Part shown: positions 48,314 to 56,932 of the stretch, in pieces
Layout of the letters: the number at the start of each line of letters is the position of its first letter
How positions within the stretch are numbered: the stretch's first letter is position 1
Assembly (NCBI GenBank): GCA_963748625.1
Contig: CAVVJT010000010.1
Location: forward strand, 1,248,001 to 1,312,000
Source of the DNA: an uncultured Chloroflexia bacterium
GTDB taxonomy: Bacteria; Chloroflexota; Limnocylindria; Limnocylindrales; CSP1-4
Reading direction: 5' to 3'
DNA: 64,000 nucleotides
The notes under the pieces: generated by a model
What the model saw: only the letters and a program-made list of their open reading frames with translations
Told to the model about the DNA's origin: nothing
Database searches by the model: none
Translations under genes and position numbers: made by a program

Positions 48314-51300
48314 ATGTTCGAGCGCCTCGGCTCAGCGACCTTCCGGTTCCGCTTCCTGATCCTGCTAGCGTGGATTGCGGCGGGCGTCTTCATGGCCACG
48401 CAGGCGCCCAGCCTGGCCGGGTCCGGCTCCACCGACCAGACCACCTTCCTGCCCGCCAATGCCCCCTCGGTTCAGGCCAAGAACGCCCTGGAGCGGGCCT
48501 TCCCGGGCAGCACCTCCTCGTCGTCGGCCACGATCACCATGGACCGCCCGACTGGCCTGACCGACGCCGACCGCGCGTGGCGCGACGAGCTCACGGCCTG
48601 GGCCGTGAGCGACCAGGCTCCCGAGGAGCTGCGCGCGGCTGCCACCGAGGCCGAGACCGCGGACTCCCGCCCTGAGCTGGCAGAGCTGTTCCGCGCCGAG
48701 GACGGGACGTTCGAGCTGTTCGTGATCAACCTCAACGTCGCCGAGGCCGGCGACGCGGCCAGGGTCGTCACCGAGCAGCTGCGCGAGCACATCGCGGCGA
48801 CTGCCCCTGCCGGGCTCGAGACCCACGTGACCGGCGCCGCCGCCATCAGCTCCGACTACCTCGAGGCGGTGCAGGTCGGCACGGACAGCACCACCACGAT
48901 CACGATCTTCCTGGTGATCGTCGTCCTGCTCGCGATCTACCGCGCCCCGCTCGCGGCGCTCATCCCGCTGGTCACGATCGGCGCCGCGTACGTGATCTCC
49001 ACCGGCATCCTGGGCTTCCTCGCCCAGGCCGGCTGGTCGGTGAGCTCGACCCTGGCCACGTTCCTCGTGGTGATGGTGTTCGGCGTCGGGACGGACTACG
49101 CGATCTTCCTGATCAGCCGCTACCGCGAGGAGGTCTCCCACGAGACCGACTGGCATGACGCCGCCAAGGTCACCGTCAAGCGCATCGGCGCGGTGATCAC
49201 GGCGTCCGCCGGGACGGTGATCGTGGGCATGCTCGCGATGGGCGCGGGCGACTTCAAGATGATCGCGTCCATGGGCCCGGGCATCGCGATCGCGATCGCG
49301 GTGACGCTGGTGGCCGCCCTGACCCTCTCCCCCGCCCTGCTCTCCATCTTCGGCCACTACCTGTTCTGGCCGCTCCACACCAAGGAGAAGCACGAGGGCG
49401 AGCCCCGCGGCTTCTTCGCGGCGCTGGCAGCCGCGGTCTCGAGGCGTCCGGCGGTCTGGACGGCCGCCCTCCTGGTCGTGCTGATCGTGCCCGCGCTCTA
49501 CCTGCCCCAGGCGGAATCCAACTTCGACGTGATGGCGGACCTGCCCGCCGAGGCCGACTCGCGCATCGGCTACGAGCAGATCGGCGAGCACCTGGGCGAG
49601 GACAAGCTCGTCCAGTCGACGGGCCTGGTAGACCTCGGCGGCGAGGGCGACATCCTCGCGCCCGCACAGCTCGCGCGCCTCCATGCGCTGATGGTCGCCC
49701 TCCACGAGGACGCGGGCATCGCGACCACCACCAGCATCGTCACGCCTGACGGCGACACGACCGTTCCCGACGGCTTCCGGCCGTCGGCCACGCTGGGCGA
49801 GATCGCCGACGGCTTCGCGGGCGACGACGGCACCTCCCAGGAGACCGACAGCGCGAGCCTCCTCGACGGCGAGGTGGAGGACGGGCTCAACCAGGCCCTC
49901 GACTACATCAATGGCTTGGGCGTCGCCTTCCCCGACGTCGCCGCAGGCCAGGCCATGCGCGACGCGCAGGCGGGCCTCGAGCACGCCCTCGACATCGTCG
50001 ACCGGGTCCAGAAGCAGGCGGTCCTGACCACCCAGCTGCGCACCCTGTCGGCGTCCATCACGGACCCATCGAACGCTGCCGCCTCGTCCGGCGAGGACAC
50101 CGGCGACGACTCCACCCTCATGAGCGACTACCTCGCCGAGCTGGGCGCCGCCTACCCCGAGGTGAAGGCGCTCGACGCCTGGAAGGACGGCGTCAAGGCC
50201 GCCCGCGACCTCGAGCAGGACGCCTCGATCAGTGCGGCGCTTGCCCTGGCCGATGCCTTCGACGCCCTCGCCGACCACTTCGCGGCGACCGCCCCCGACG
50301 CCACCCTCACCCCCGAGAGCCTGGCCGGGACCACGGCCGCCAAGGAGCTCAAGAAGGAGGCCGAGGACACCTTCAACGCGTTGCCCGACGAGTTCTCGGC
50401 GCTCGCCGCGGTCTTCGCGGACCGCCCGGACGACTTCTACATCCCCACGTCGCTGACCGGCGACGATGCCGAGAAGCTCCAGGACGCGATCGACGCGTTC
50501 GTGTCCGCGGACGGCACGGCCACCCGCTTCTACCTGACGTCGTCCAACTCGCCCTACTCCGGCGGGGCGTTCCAGGTGGTCAAGGACACGCGCGTCGTGA
50601 TGGAGGACCACGCGCCGGGCTTCGGCGCCGCGGCCACCGCCCATGTCGGCGGACCCATCGCGCAGTTCACCGACGTCAACGACACGCTCGCCAAGGACTT
50701 CCAGAAGGTCGGCGTGATCACGGTCATCGGCATCCTGCTGGTGCTGATGCTGCTGCTGCGCGCGATCGTGGCGCCGCTGTACCTGGTCGCCACCGTGGTC
50801 ATCTCGTACGCGTCCACCATCGGCCTGTCCGCGTTCATCTTCCAGGAGATCATGGGCCAGCCGGGCATCAGCCCGTACCTGCCGCTGATGGTCTTCGTGC
50901 TCCTGGTCGCCCTCGGCTCGGACTACAACATCTTCCTGATGCACCGCGTGCGCGAGGAGGCGGAGACCCGGAACATGCGCGACGCCGTGCGGGTCGCGTC
51001 CGGGCACACGGGCGCCGTCATCACGTCGGCCGGCCTGATCCTGGCGGGCACGTTCGGCTCCATGGCCACCGCACCGCTCACGATCCTGTTCCAGGTGGGC
51101 ATCGCGGTCGCGATCGGCGTGTTGATCGACACGTTCCTCGTGCGCTCGATCCTGGTGCCCGCGATCACGACGCTCGTGGGCGACTGGGCCTGGTGGCCGT
51201 CGAAGATGGTCCACCACATCGCGGTCCCGGTGCCAGTGGGCGAGGGCGCCGGCGAGGCGCCGGTCCCGGTGCCGGCCCCGGCGCCGGTCCCGGCGGGCGG

Positions 51301-53941
51301 AGGAGCCCCGGTCCCGGTCGCGGCAGCCACGGGTGCTGCAGCCATCGTCGGGAGTGACCTCGGCGTGGTGGCCGAGCCGGGCGCGCGCACGTCGCGCCGC
51401 CGCCTCGCCGTCGGCCTCGCGCTGGTGATCCTCGTGCCGCTCGCCGTGGCAGGCCTCCTGACCTGGTCGCTGGGCGGCGCGATGGACCGCATCGGGTCGG
51501 TCCAGGCAGCCGTCGTCAATCTCGACGAGGGCGGGACGATCACCCTCCCCGACGGCACGGAGACGACGCTGGCCCTCGGCGGTGACCTGACGACCACCCT
51601 GCTCGCGCCAGGGGCCGGTGAAGGCTTCACGTGGGTGGCAACCGACGCCGCGGCAGCCGAATCGGGCCTGACGGACGGCACGTACGCCGCCGTGCTCACC
51701 ATCCCCGCCGAGTTCTCGCGAACCGTGGCGGCCATCCGCTCCGACACCACCGGCAGCGCCCCGCAGGCGTCGCTGGGCATCGTCACCGACGATGCGTCCG
51801 GCTACGCGCTGGGCACCGTCGCCCGGGCCGTGTCCGCGGCCATCGCCACCTCCACCGCGCAGGGCGTGACCGCGTCCTACGTGGATGACGTCCTGCTCGC
51901 GGTCACCGATGCCCAGGCCCGCCTTTCGAGTGCGTCCGGCACCGCGGCCGAGCTCGCCGACGACTCCTCGAGCCTCGCCGGCGATGCGTCGGGCGTTGAG
52001 GTGTTCGCCGGGCAGCTGGTGGACGGCCTGCAGCAGCTCGTGGACGGGACGACCGACACGAGCGGCATCACGGAGCTCGTGGACGGCACCGCCGCCCTGG
52101 CCGACGGCGTGACCAAGGTGGCCGACGGGCAGCAGGCGTTGGCCAAGGGCACGAAGGCGGCGGCCGCCGGGGCCCAGAAGCTCGCCGATGGGGCGACGCA
52201 GGTTGCCGACGGCGCGGGCACGCTCGCGACCGAGACGGCCACGCTGCCGGCCCAGGTGGACCAGCTGGCCGATGGCGCCGAGCAGCTCGCGAGCGGCGCA
52301 ACGCAGCTCGCGGGGGGCTGGCACCTGCTGACCTTTGGCGATGGGACGCCGGGCAACCCGGGGCTCGTCGGGCTCGCGGCCGGCGTGAACGGCCTGGGCA
52401 AGACGGCAGGCGACCTTGATGACCTCGCGAAGCAGGCCGCCGCCAGCGCGCAGACGACATTCGATGGCTCCGTCGACGTGGCCACGAAGGCCGGCAACGT
52501 CGCTCAGGCAGCGGGCGGGCTCGCCCAGTCGGCGGGGGCGCTGGCCGGCAGCGCGGGTGCGGCCTACCAGGGCTGCGTCGCGACGTACGGCGCAGGCGAT
52601 GCCGTGTGCCAGTCGATCGACGGGCTCGTCACCACGTCCGGTGCCGTCGCCGCAGATGCGGGCACGCTCGCCAACCAGGCGGCGAACACCGCGACCAAGG
52701 CCGGTGCCGTCGCCAACGACGCCGGCATGACCGACGGGCTGGCCGACGGCGTCACCCAGTACACCGGACCACTGGCCGCCCAGCTGCCCCAGCTCGAGGC
52801 GGGGATCGAGGCCGTGGCAGCGGGCGCGGAGACCCTGTCCACCAACACCGACGCCTTCTCCACGGGCCTTGACACCTACGCCGACGGCGTGCGCCTGTTC
52901 GCCGACTCGGCGCCCAAGCTCGCCGACGGCATCTCGCAGCTGTCCACGGGCACGTCGGGCATCGCGTCGGGCGCGTCCGACCTCGCCGACGGGCTCGACA
53001 AGCTCGCGACCGGGTCAGCGGCCCTGGCCGCGGGATCGTCGAAGGCGGCAGACGGCGCGCAGACCCTTGCCGACGGCGTCGCATCGAACATGGGCGGTCT
53101 CGACCAGCTCACCGAGGCGGGCGATCTCGCCCTCGAGGCGGGCCGGCTCGTGGAGGCCCAGGCCGCCAACATCGCCGACGGCGGGAGCACCGTCTCCGAC
53201 GACGCCCAGGCACTCGCCGACGACCTCGACGCCTCCGCGTCCGGCACCGGCTCCTACGGGACCGAGCAGCGCACGAAGCTCTCCTCCCTGGCCGCCGATC
53301 CGATCGCCATCGAGGCCACGCGCATCAACGGCGTCGGCGGACTCCAGGACGGGCTGGCCCCGTTCCTCATGGCCCTCGCCGCGTGGCTGGGCGTGATGGG
53401 CACGTTCCTCCTGCTGCCCGCGGTTTGGGCCACCGACGAGCGGCGCTGGGTCCGGGGCGTGCTCCTCGGGTTCGGCGCGGCCGCAGCCGTCGGGCTTGCG
53501 GCGTCCCTGCTGATGGTCGCGGGAATGGTGCTGTTCGTGGGACTGGCGGTCGCCAGCCTGCCGCAGCTCGTCTTCTTCGCGGTCCTGGCCACGCTCACCT
53601 TCACCGCCCTCGTGCAGGCGCTTGTTGCGCTGTTCGGGTCGCGCGGCTGGCTGGTCGCGTTGCTGCTCCTGGTCCTCCAGGCGGCGGCCGTGGGCTTCCC
53701 GGCGGCGGTGATCCCGGGCCCGATCGCCGCGATCCGGCCGCTCCTGCCGATGACCTACGCGGTGGACGCCCTCCGCGGGGCGATCACGGGCGCGGGCTCG
53801 GTGCCGGCGATCGACACGTTCGCGCTGGTGGCGTTCCTGGTCGTGGGCCTGCTGGTGACGCTCGCGGGCGTCGCCAGCCAGGCGGCGCGGCGGGCCCGGG
53901 TGGAGGGCGAGGCCGGCGGCGCCGAGGGCAGCGCGGCCTGA
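48314..53941 (+). CDS. MMPL (RND) family transporter fused to YhgE/Pip domain
   Basis: MMPL: GVGTDYAIFLISRYREE, ALGSDYNIFL, DTFLVRSILVPA, WAWWP. Pip: AAVVNLDEG, LADG heptads, GLAPFLMALAAWLG, LPMTYAVDALRGAITG. Confidence 0.92.
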   Translation: MFERLGSATFRFRFLILLAWIAAGVFMATQAPSLAGSGSTDQTTFLPANAPSVQAKNALERAFPGSTSSSSATITMDRPTGLTDADRAWRDELTAWAVSDQAPEELRAAATEAETADSRPELAELFRAEDGTFELFVINLNVAEAGDAARVVTEQLREHIAATAPAGLETHVTGAAAISSDYLEAVQVGTDSTTTITIFLVIVVLLAIYRAPLAALIPLVTIGAAYVISTGILGFLAQAGWSVSSTLATFLVVMVFGVGTDYAIFLISRYREEVSHETDWHDAAKVTVKRIGAVITASAGTVIVGMLAMGAGDFKMIASMGPGIAIAIAVTLVAALTLSPALLSIFGHYLFWPLHTKEKHEGEPRGFFAALAAAVSRRPAVWTAALLVVLIVPALYLPQAESNFDVMADLPAEADSRIGYEQIGEHLGEDKLVQSTGLVDLGGEGDILAPAQLARLHALMVALHEDAGIATTTSIVTPDGDTTVPDGFRPSATLGEIADGFAGDDGTSQETDSASLLDGEVEDGLNQALDYINGLGVAFPDVAAGQAMRDAQAGLEHALDIVDRVQKQAVLTTQLRTLSASITDPSNAAASSGEDTGDDSTLMSDYLAELGAAYPEVKALDAWKDGVKAARDLEQDASISAALALADAFDALADHFAATAPDATLTPESLAGTTAAKELKKEAEDTFNALPDEFSALAAVFADRPDDFYIPTSLTGDDAEKLQDAIDAFVSADGTATRFYLTSSNSPYSGGAFQVVKDTRVVMEDHAPGFGAAATAHVGGPIAQFTDVNDTLAKDFQKVGVITVIGILLVLMLLLRAIVAPLYLVATVVISYASTIGLSAFIFQEIMGQPGISPYLPLMVFVLLVALGSDYNIFLMHRVREEAETRNMRDAVRVASGHTGAVITSAGLILAGTFGSMATAPLTILFQVGIAVAIGVLIDTFLVRSILVPAITTLVGDWAWWPSKMVHHIAVPVPVGEGAGEAPVPVPAPAPVPAGGGAPVPVAAATGAAAIVGSDLGVVAEPGARTSRRRLAVGLALVILVPLAVAGLLTWSLGGAMDRIGSVQAAVVNLDEGGTITLPDGTETTLALGGDLTTTLLAPGAGEGFTWVATDAAAAESGLTDGTYAAVLTIPAEFSRTVAAIRSDTTGSAPQASLGIVTDDASGYALGTVARAVSAAIATSTAQGVTASYVDDVLLAVTDAQARLSSASGTAAELADDSSSLAGDASGVEVFAGQLVDGLQQLVDGTTDTSGITELVDGTAALADGVTKVADGQQALAKGTKAAAAGAQKLADGATQVADGAGTLATETATLPAQVDQLADGAEQLASGATQLAGGWHLLTFGDGTPGNPGLVGLAAGVNGLGKTAGDLDDLAKQAAASAQTTFDGSVDVATKAGNVAQAAGGLAQSAGALAGSAGAAYQGCVATYGAGDAVCQSIDGLVTTSGAVAADAGTLANQAANTATKAGAVANDAGMTDGLADGVTQYTGPLAAQLPQLEAGIEAVAAGAETLSTNTDAFSTGLDTYADGVRLFADSAPKLADGISQLSTGTSGIASGASDLADGLDKLATGSAALAAGSSKAADGAQTLADGVASNMGGLDQLTEAGDLALEAGRLVEAQAANIADGGSTVSDDAQALADDLDASASGTGSYGTEQRTKLSSLAADPIAIEATRINGVGGLQDGLAPFLMALAAWLGVMGTFLLLPAVWATDERRWVRGVLLGFGAAAAVGLAASLLMVAGMVLFVGLAVASLPQLVFFAVLATLTFTALVQALVALFGSRGWLVALLLLVLQAAAVGFPAAVIPGPIAAIRPLLPMTYAVDALRGAITGAGSVPAIDTFALVAFLVVGLLVTLAGVASQAARRARVEGEAGGAEGSAA

Positions 53942-54001
53942 CGCCGTGGCCGACGCCTTAGCCGCCAGGCGGGCGCCCAGTCACGTGAACGCGCCCGTCT
54001 C

Positions 54002-54145
54002 CCGCCTGGCGGGCACTATGGACGGGATCCTGCACGTTCGGCCCGCTGGGCGACACGAGGGGGCCGCAACTGGGGCCGAACCCCTTGTTCCTGCCGCTGG
54101 GCGGCACGATCGTGCGGGATTCGGCACACAAGGCCCGCCGGGCGG
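54002..54145. repeat. 144-bp palindromic intergenic element, copy 4
   Basis: CCGCCTGGCGGGCACTATG...GGCACACAAGGCCCGCCGGGCGG. Confidence 0.85.
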
Positions 54146-54326
54146 CAGGCCGCCCGATCGAGATGGGACCGCATGGCGCGCGCTCACGCCGGGGCCGGGG
54201 GACGGCCTTGGGGGCTGGCCCCGGGGGGCGGGTGGGGCTAGCAGGCTGGCGCCTTCCGCGACGGCGGCGCACGATGTGCGTAGCGAGCCGACAGAGCCGC
54301 GGCTGAGCGCAGCGTAGGAGCCAGAC

Positions 54327-54578
54327 ATGGACCTGAACGAGACGCCCACGGTCCCCGAGACCGGGGCGATGGCAGGCATGGCGAAATGGAAGGGCGGTGC
54401 GTCGACACCGAGCGCATCCCCTGGCAGCGGCGCCGTATACGGGCTGGGGATGATCGGCGCCCTCGTCTACTTCATGGGGACCGCCGAGACCCGGACGGAC
54501 TACCTTCTCGCCGTCGGCAAGGCCATCGTCTGGCCGGCCATCCTGGTGCACCTGGCGTTCAAGAAGCTTGACGGCTAG
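54327..54578 (+). CDS. Small conserved membrane protein
   Basis: AGGAG RBS; GAVYGLGMIGALVYF...KAIVWPAILV. Confidence 0.8.
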   Translation: MDLNETPTVPETGAMAGMAKWKGGASTPSASPGSGAVYGLGMIGALVYFMGTAETRTDYLLAVGKAIVWPAILVHLAFKKLDG

Positions 54579-54581
54579 GGT

Positions 54582-55517
54582 CTAGGGGGCCAGCGGCTTC
54601 CGCGGCCCCGGGCAAGCCCTCAGTTCCGTCGCACCTGCAACGTCTCCGCCTCGAATGCGCGGACCGCCGCCGCGGTGCCCGGACCCGGCGAGCGGTTGGC
54701 CGTGCCCGCCGCCGACGACGGCCGGCTCCAGCGCAGCGATCGCCGTGATTGCGGCGCGCGCCAGGCGCGGGTTCCACGTCGTGTACCAGGGCGGGCCCGA
54801 AAGCCCCTGGCAGCCGAGCAGGAAGCCCGCCGGGTCGTTCACCCGCAGCGTGACGAGCGCGTCGCCGGTGAGCACCACGCGATCAGCGCGGCGCACGAAC
54901 GACACACTCCCGGGCGTGTGCCCCGGCGTGGAAAGCCACTCCCACCCGTCGAGGCCGGGGGCCACCCCTCCCGGCCCGAGCTCGCGGAGCAGCCCGGTCA
55001 GGCTCCCCTGCGCGAGGACGGCGGTCCGCCGCCGCTCGCCGAGCGCCCGCATCACCGGCAGGATGACCCATCGGTCGAGAGGCCCGGCGTAGCGCTCCAT
55101 CGCCGTGAAGTCGCCCTCGGCGATCGGAACCTCGGCGGGATGCAGGTAGACGGGACAGCGCCAGGCCTCGGCGAGGACGCGTGCCGCCCCGGCATGGTCG
55201 GGATGGTCGTGGGTCAGGAGGATGGCTGCCACGGCCGCCTCCGGCCCGATGAGCGACCGTACGGCGGCTTCGATCCGCGGGGCGTCGCCCTCCCAGCCGG
55301 CATCGACGAGGGCCCACGCGGCGCCGGCCCGCACCAGGTACACGTTGGTCTGCGTCCGGCCCCACGGCCCCAGGAGGTACACGTCCGGAGCGATCTCGAC
55401 CGGCTCTTCGGCGGGACGGGGACGGGTGGGCTGGGCATGGGCGCGCCGACGGACCGCTCCGATCGTGGCCGCAAGGGCGACCCCAGCCGCGGCGGCGATG
55501 ACGACGCGAGAGTTCAT
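54582..55517 (-). CDS. MBL-fold metallo-hydrolase with N-terminal membrane anchor (true stop probably 54620, after a 1-nt insertion near 54685)
   Basis: LVDAG, LTHDHPDHAG, TPGHTPG, LTGDAL, GGGHG. Removing one G gives the end ...AGPGTAAAVRAFEAETLQVRRN*. Confidence 0.88.
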   Translation of the reverse strand: MNSRVVIAAAAGVALAATIGAVRRRAHAQPTRPRPAEEPVEIAPDVYLLGPWGRTQTNVYLVRAGAAWALVDAGWEGDAPRIEAAVRSLIGPEAAVAAILLTHDHPDHAGAARVLAEAWRCPVYLHPAEVPIAEGDFTAMERYAGPLDRWVILPVMRALGERRRTAVLAQGSLTGLLRELGPGGVAPGLDGWEWLSTPGHTPGSVSFVRRADRVVLTGDALVTLRVNDPAGFLLGCQGLSGPPWYTTWNPRLARAAITAIAALEPAVVGGGHGQPLAGSGHRGGGPRIRGGDVAGATELRACPGPRKPLAP

Positions 55518-55533
55518 GGACTCCCTCGGCAGC

Positions 55534-56661
55534 CTATGTCCCGACGCGGGCGAGGAACGCCGACATGCGCTCCAGGCCTGCAACGAGGACCTCGGGGTCG
55601 TTCGCGTAGCCGATGCGCACGTAGCCCTCACGGTCGAAGGCGCCACCCGGCACCAGGAGCACACCCTCGTCCTCCAGCAGGGCCGTGCAGAACGCCTCCG
55701 AGCTGATGCCCGGAGTGTCATGGCGCAGGAACGCCGTCGTCCCGGAGCGCGGGCGAACGTACGAGATCCGCGGCTCCTCCGCTATCCAGGCATCGAGCAG
55801 CGCCAGGTTCCTCCGCACGATCGCGCGGTTCCGGTCCAGCATGGCGGGCGCCGCCTCCAGCGCGAGCGCCGCCAGCAGGTCATCGACCATGCCGACGCTG
55901 ATCACGGAGTAGTCGCGGTGGCGGCTGACGGGCTCGCGGACCTCGGCAGGCGCCACGATCCAGCCCAGCCGCAGCCCTGCCAGCGAGAACGCCTTCGACA
56001 TCGACCCCACGCCGATGGTCTTCGGGTAGCGGTCCACGAACGACGGGCTGGTCCCCTCCCCCTCCTGGTCGAGGCCGCGATACACCTCGTCGGCGAGGAT
56101 CCACGCATCCTGGACGGCGGCGATGCGGGCGATCGCGTCGATGGTGGTGACGTCGAGGAGCGCGCCCGTCGGATTGCCGGGGTTCACCAGGGCGATGAGG
56201 CGCGCGCCGGCCGCCAGGCGTGCCAGGTCGTCGAGGTCGGGCAGCCAGCCATCCTCCTCGCGCAGGCGCAGCTCGCGCACCTCCGCGCCGAGGCTGGCCG
56301 GGATCGCCGTGTGCTGCTGGTACGTGGGCGTGATCGCAACGATGACGTCACCCGGCTCCACCATCGCCTCGTACACGAGGTGGTTCGCGCCGATCGCCCC
56401 GTGCGTGACGAGCACGTCATCGGCAGCGACGGAGCCGTAGAGCGCGGCGATCGCCGTCCGCAGCCGTTCGGAGCCCTCGATCGCCCCGTAGCCCAGCCGC
56501 ATCGGCCCAAGCTCGTCCGCCAGCCAGCCGGCATCGCGCCCGGCCAGCGTCAGCAGCTGGTCCACCGTGACCGAGTCCACGCAGGTCTCGGCCAGGTTGT
56601 AGCGGCAGGTGGTCTCCCACCGGTTCATCCAGATCTCGACGCCGAAGTCCGCAATACGCAT
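55534..56661 (-). CDS. Class I/II PLP-dependent aminotransferase
   Basis: NPGNPTG, ADEVYRGL, SMSKAFSLAGLRLGW. Confidence 0.93.
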   Translation of the reverse strand: MRIADFGVEIWMNRWETTCRYNLAETCVDSVTVDQLLTLAGRDAGWLADELGPMRLGYGAIEGSERLRTAIAALYGSVAADDVLVTHGAIGANHLVYEAMVEPGDVIVAITPTYQQHTAIPASLGAEVRELRLREEDGWLPDLDDLARLAAGARLIALVNPGNPTGALLDVTTIDAIARIAAVQDAWILADEVYRGLDQEGEGTSPSFVDRYPKTIGVGSMSKAFSLAGLRLGWIVAPAEVREPVSRHRDYSVISVGMVDDLLAALALEAAPAMLDRNRAIVRRNLALLDAWIAEEPRISYVRPRSGTTAFLRHDTPGISSEAFCTALLEDEGVLLVPGGAFDREGYVRIGYANDPEVLVAGLERMSAFLARVGT

Positions 56662-56709
56662 GGGGCCATGATGCCCCGGCGGGCGCATGCCGCGCCCGCT
56701 GTGCGTCCA

Positions 56710-56840
56710 AGTCAACGAAACCCCGCATCCAGCGCGGATCCAGCCAGAATGGCGCCCAGATGCGGCCCGGTGCGGCCTGCAGGTCAACAGAACCGCGCAA
56801 GAGCGCCGGCGGGAGCCTCCTTTGCGGGGTTTCGTTGACT
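56710..56840. repeat. Intergenic element with perfect 18-bp inverted repeats and an internal third arm
   Basis: AGTCAACGAAACCCCGCA (56710) / TGCGGGGTTTCGTTGACT (56823); GTCAACAGAACCGCGCA at 56783. Confidence 0.85.
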
Positions 56841-56932
56841 CCTGCGCATCTCCCGGAGCGGGCACCCGCCCAACCCTCTAGGCTGCGCGGAACCCAGCGC
56901 GGGACCAGGCGAGTGCACCAGGGGAGACGGAC

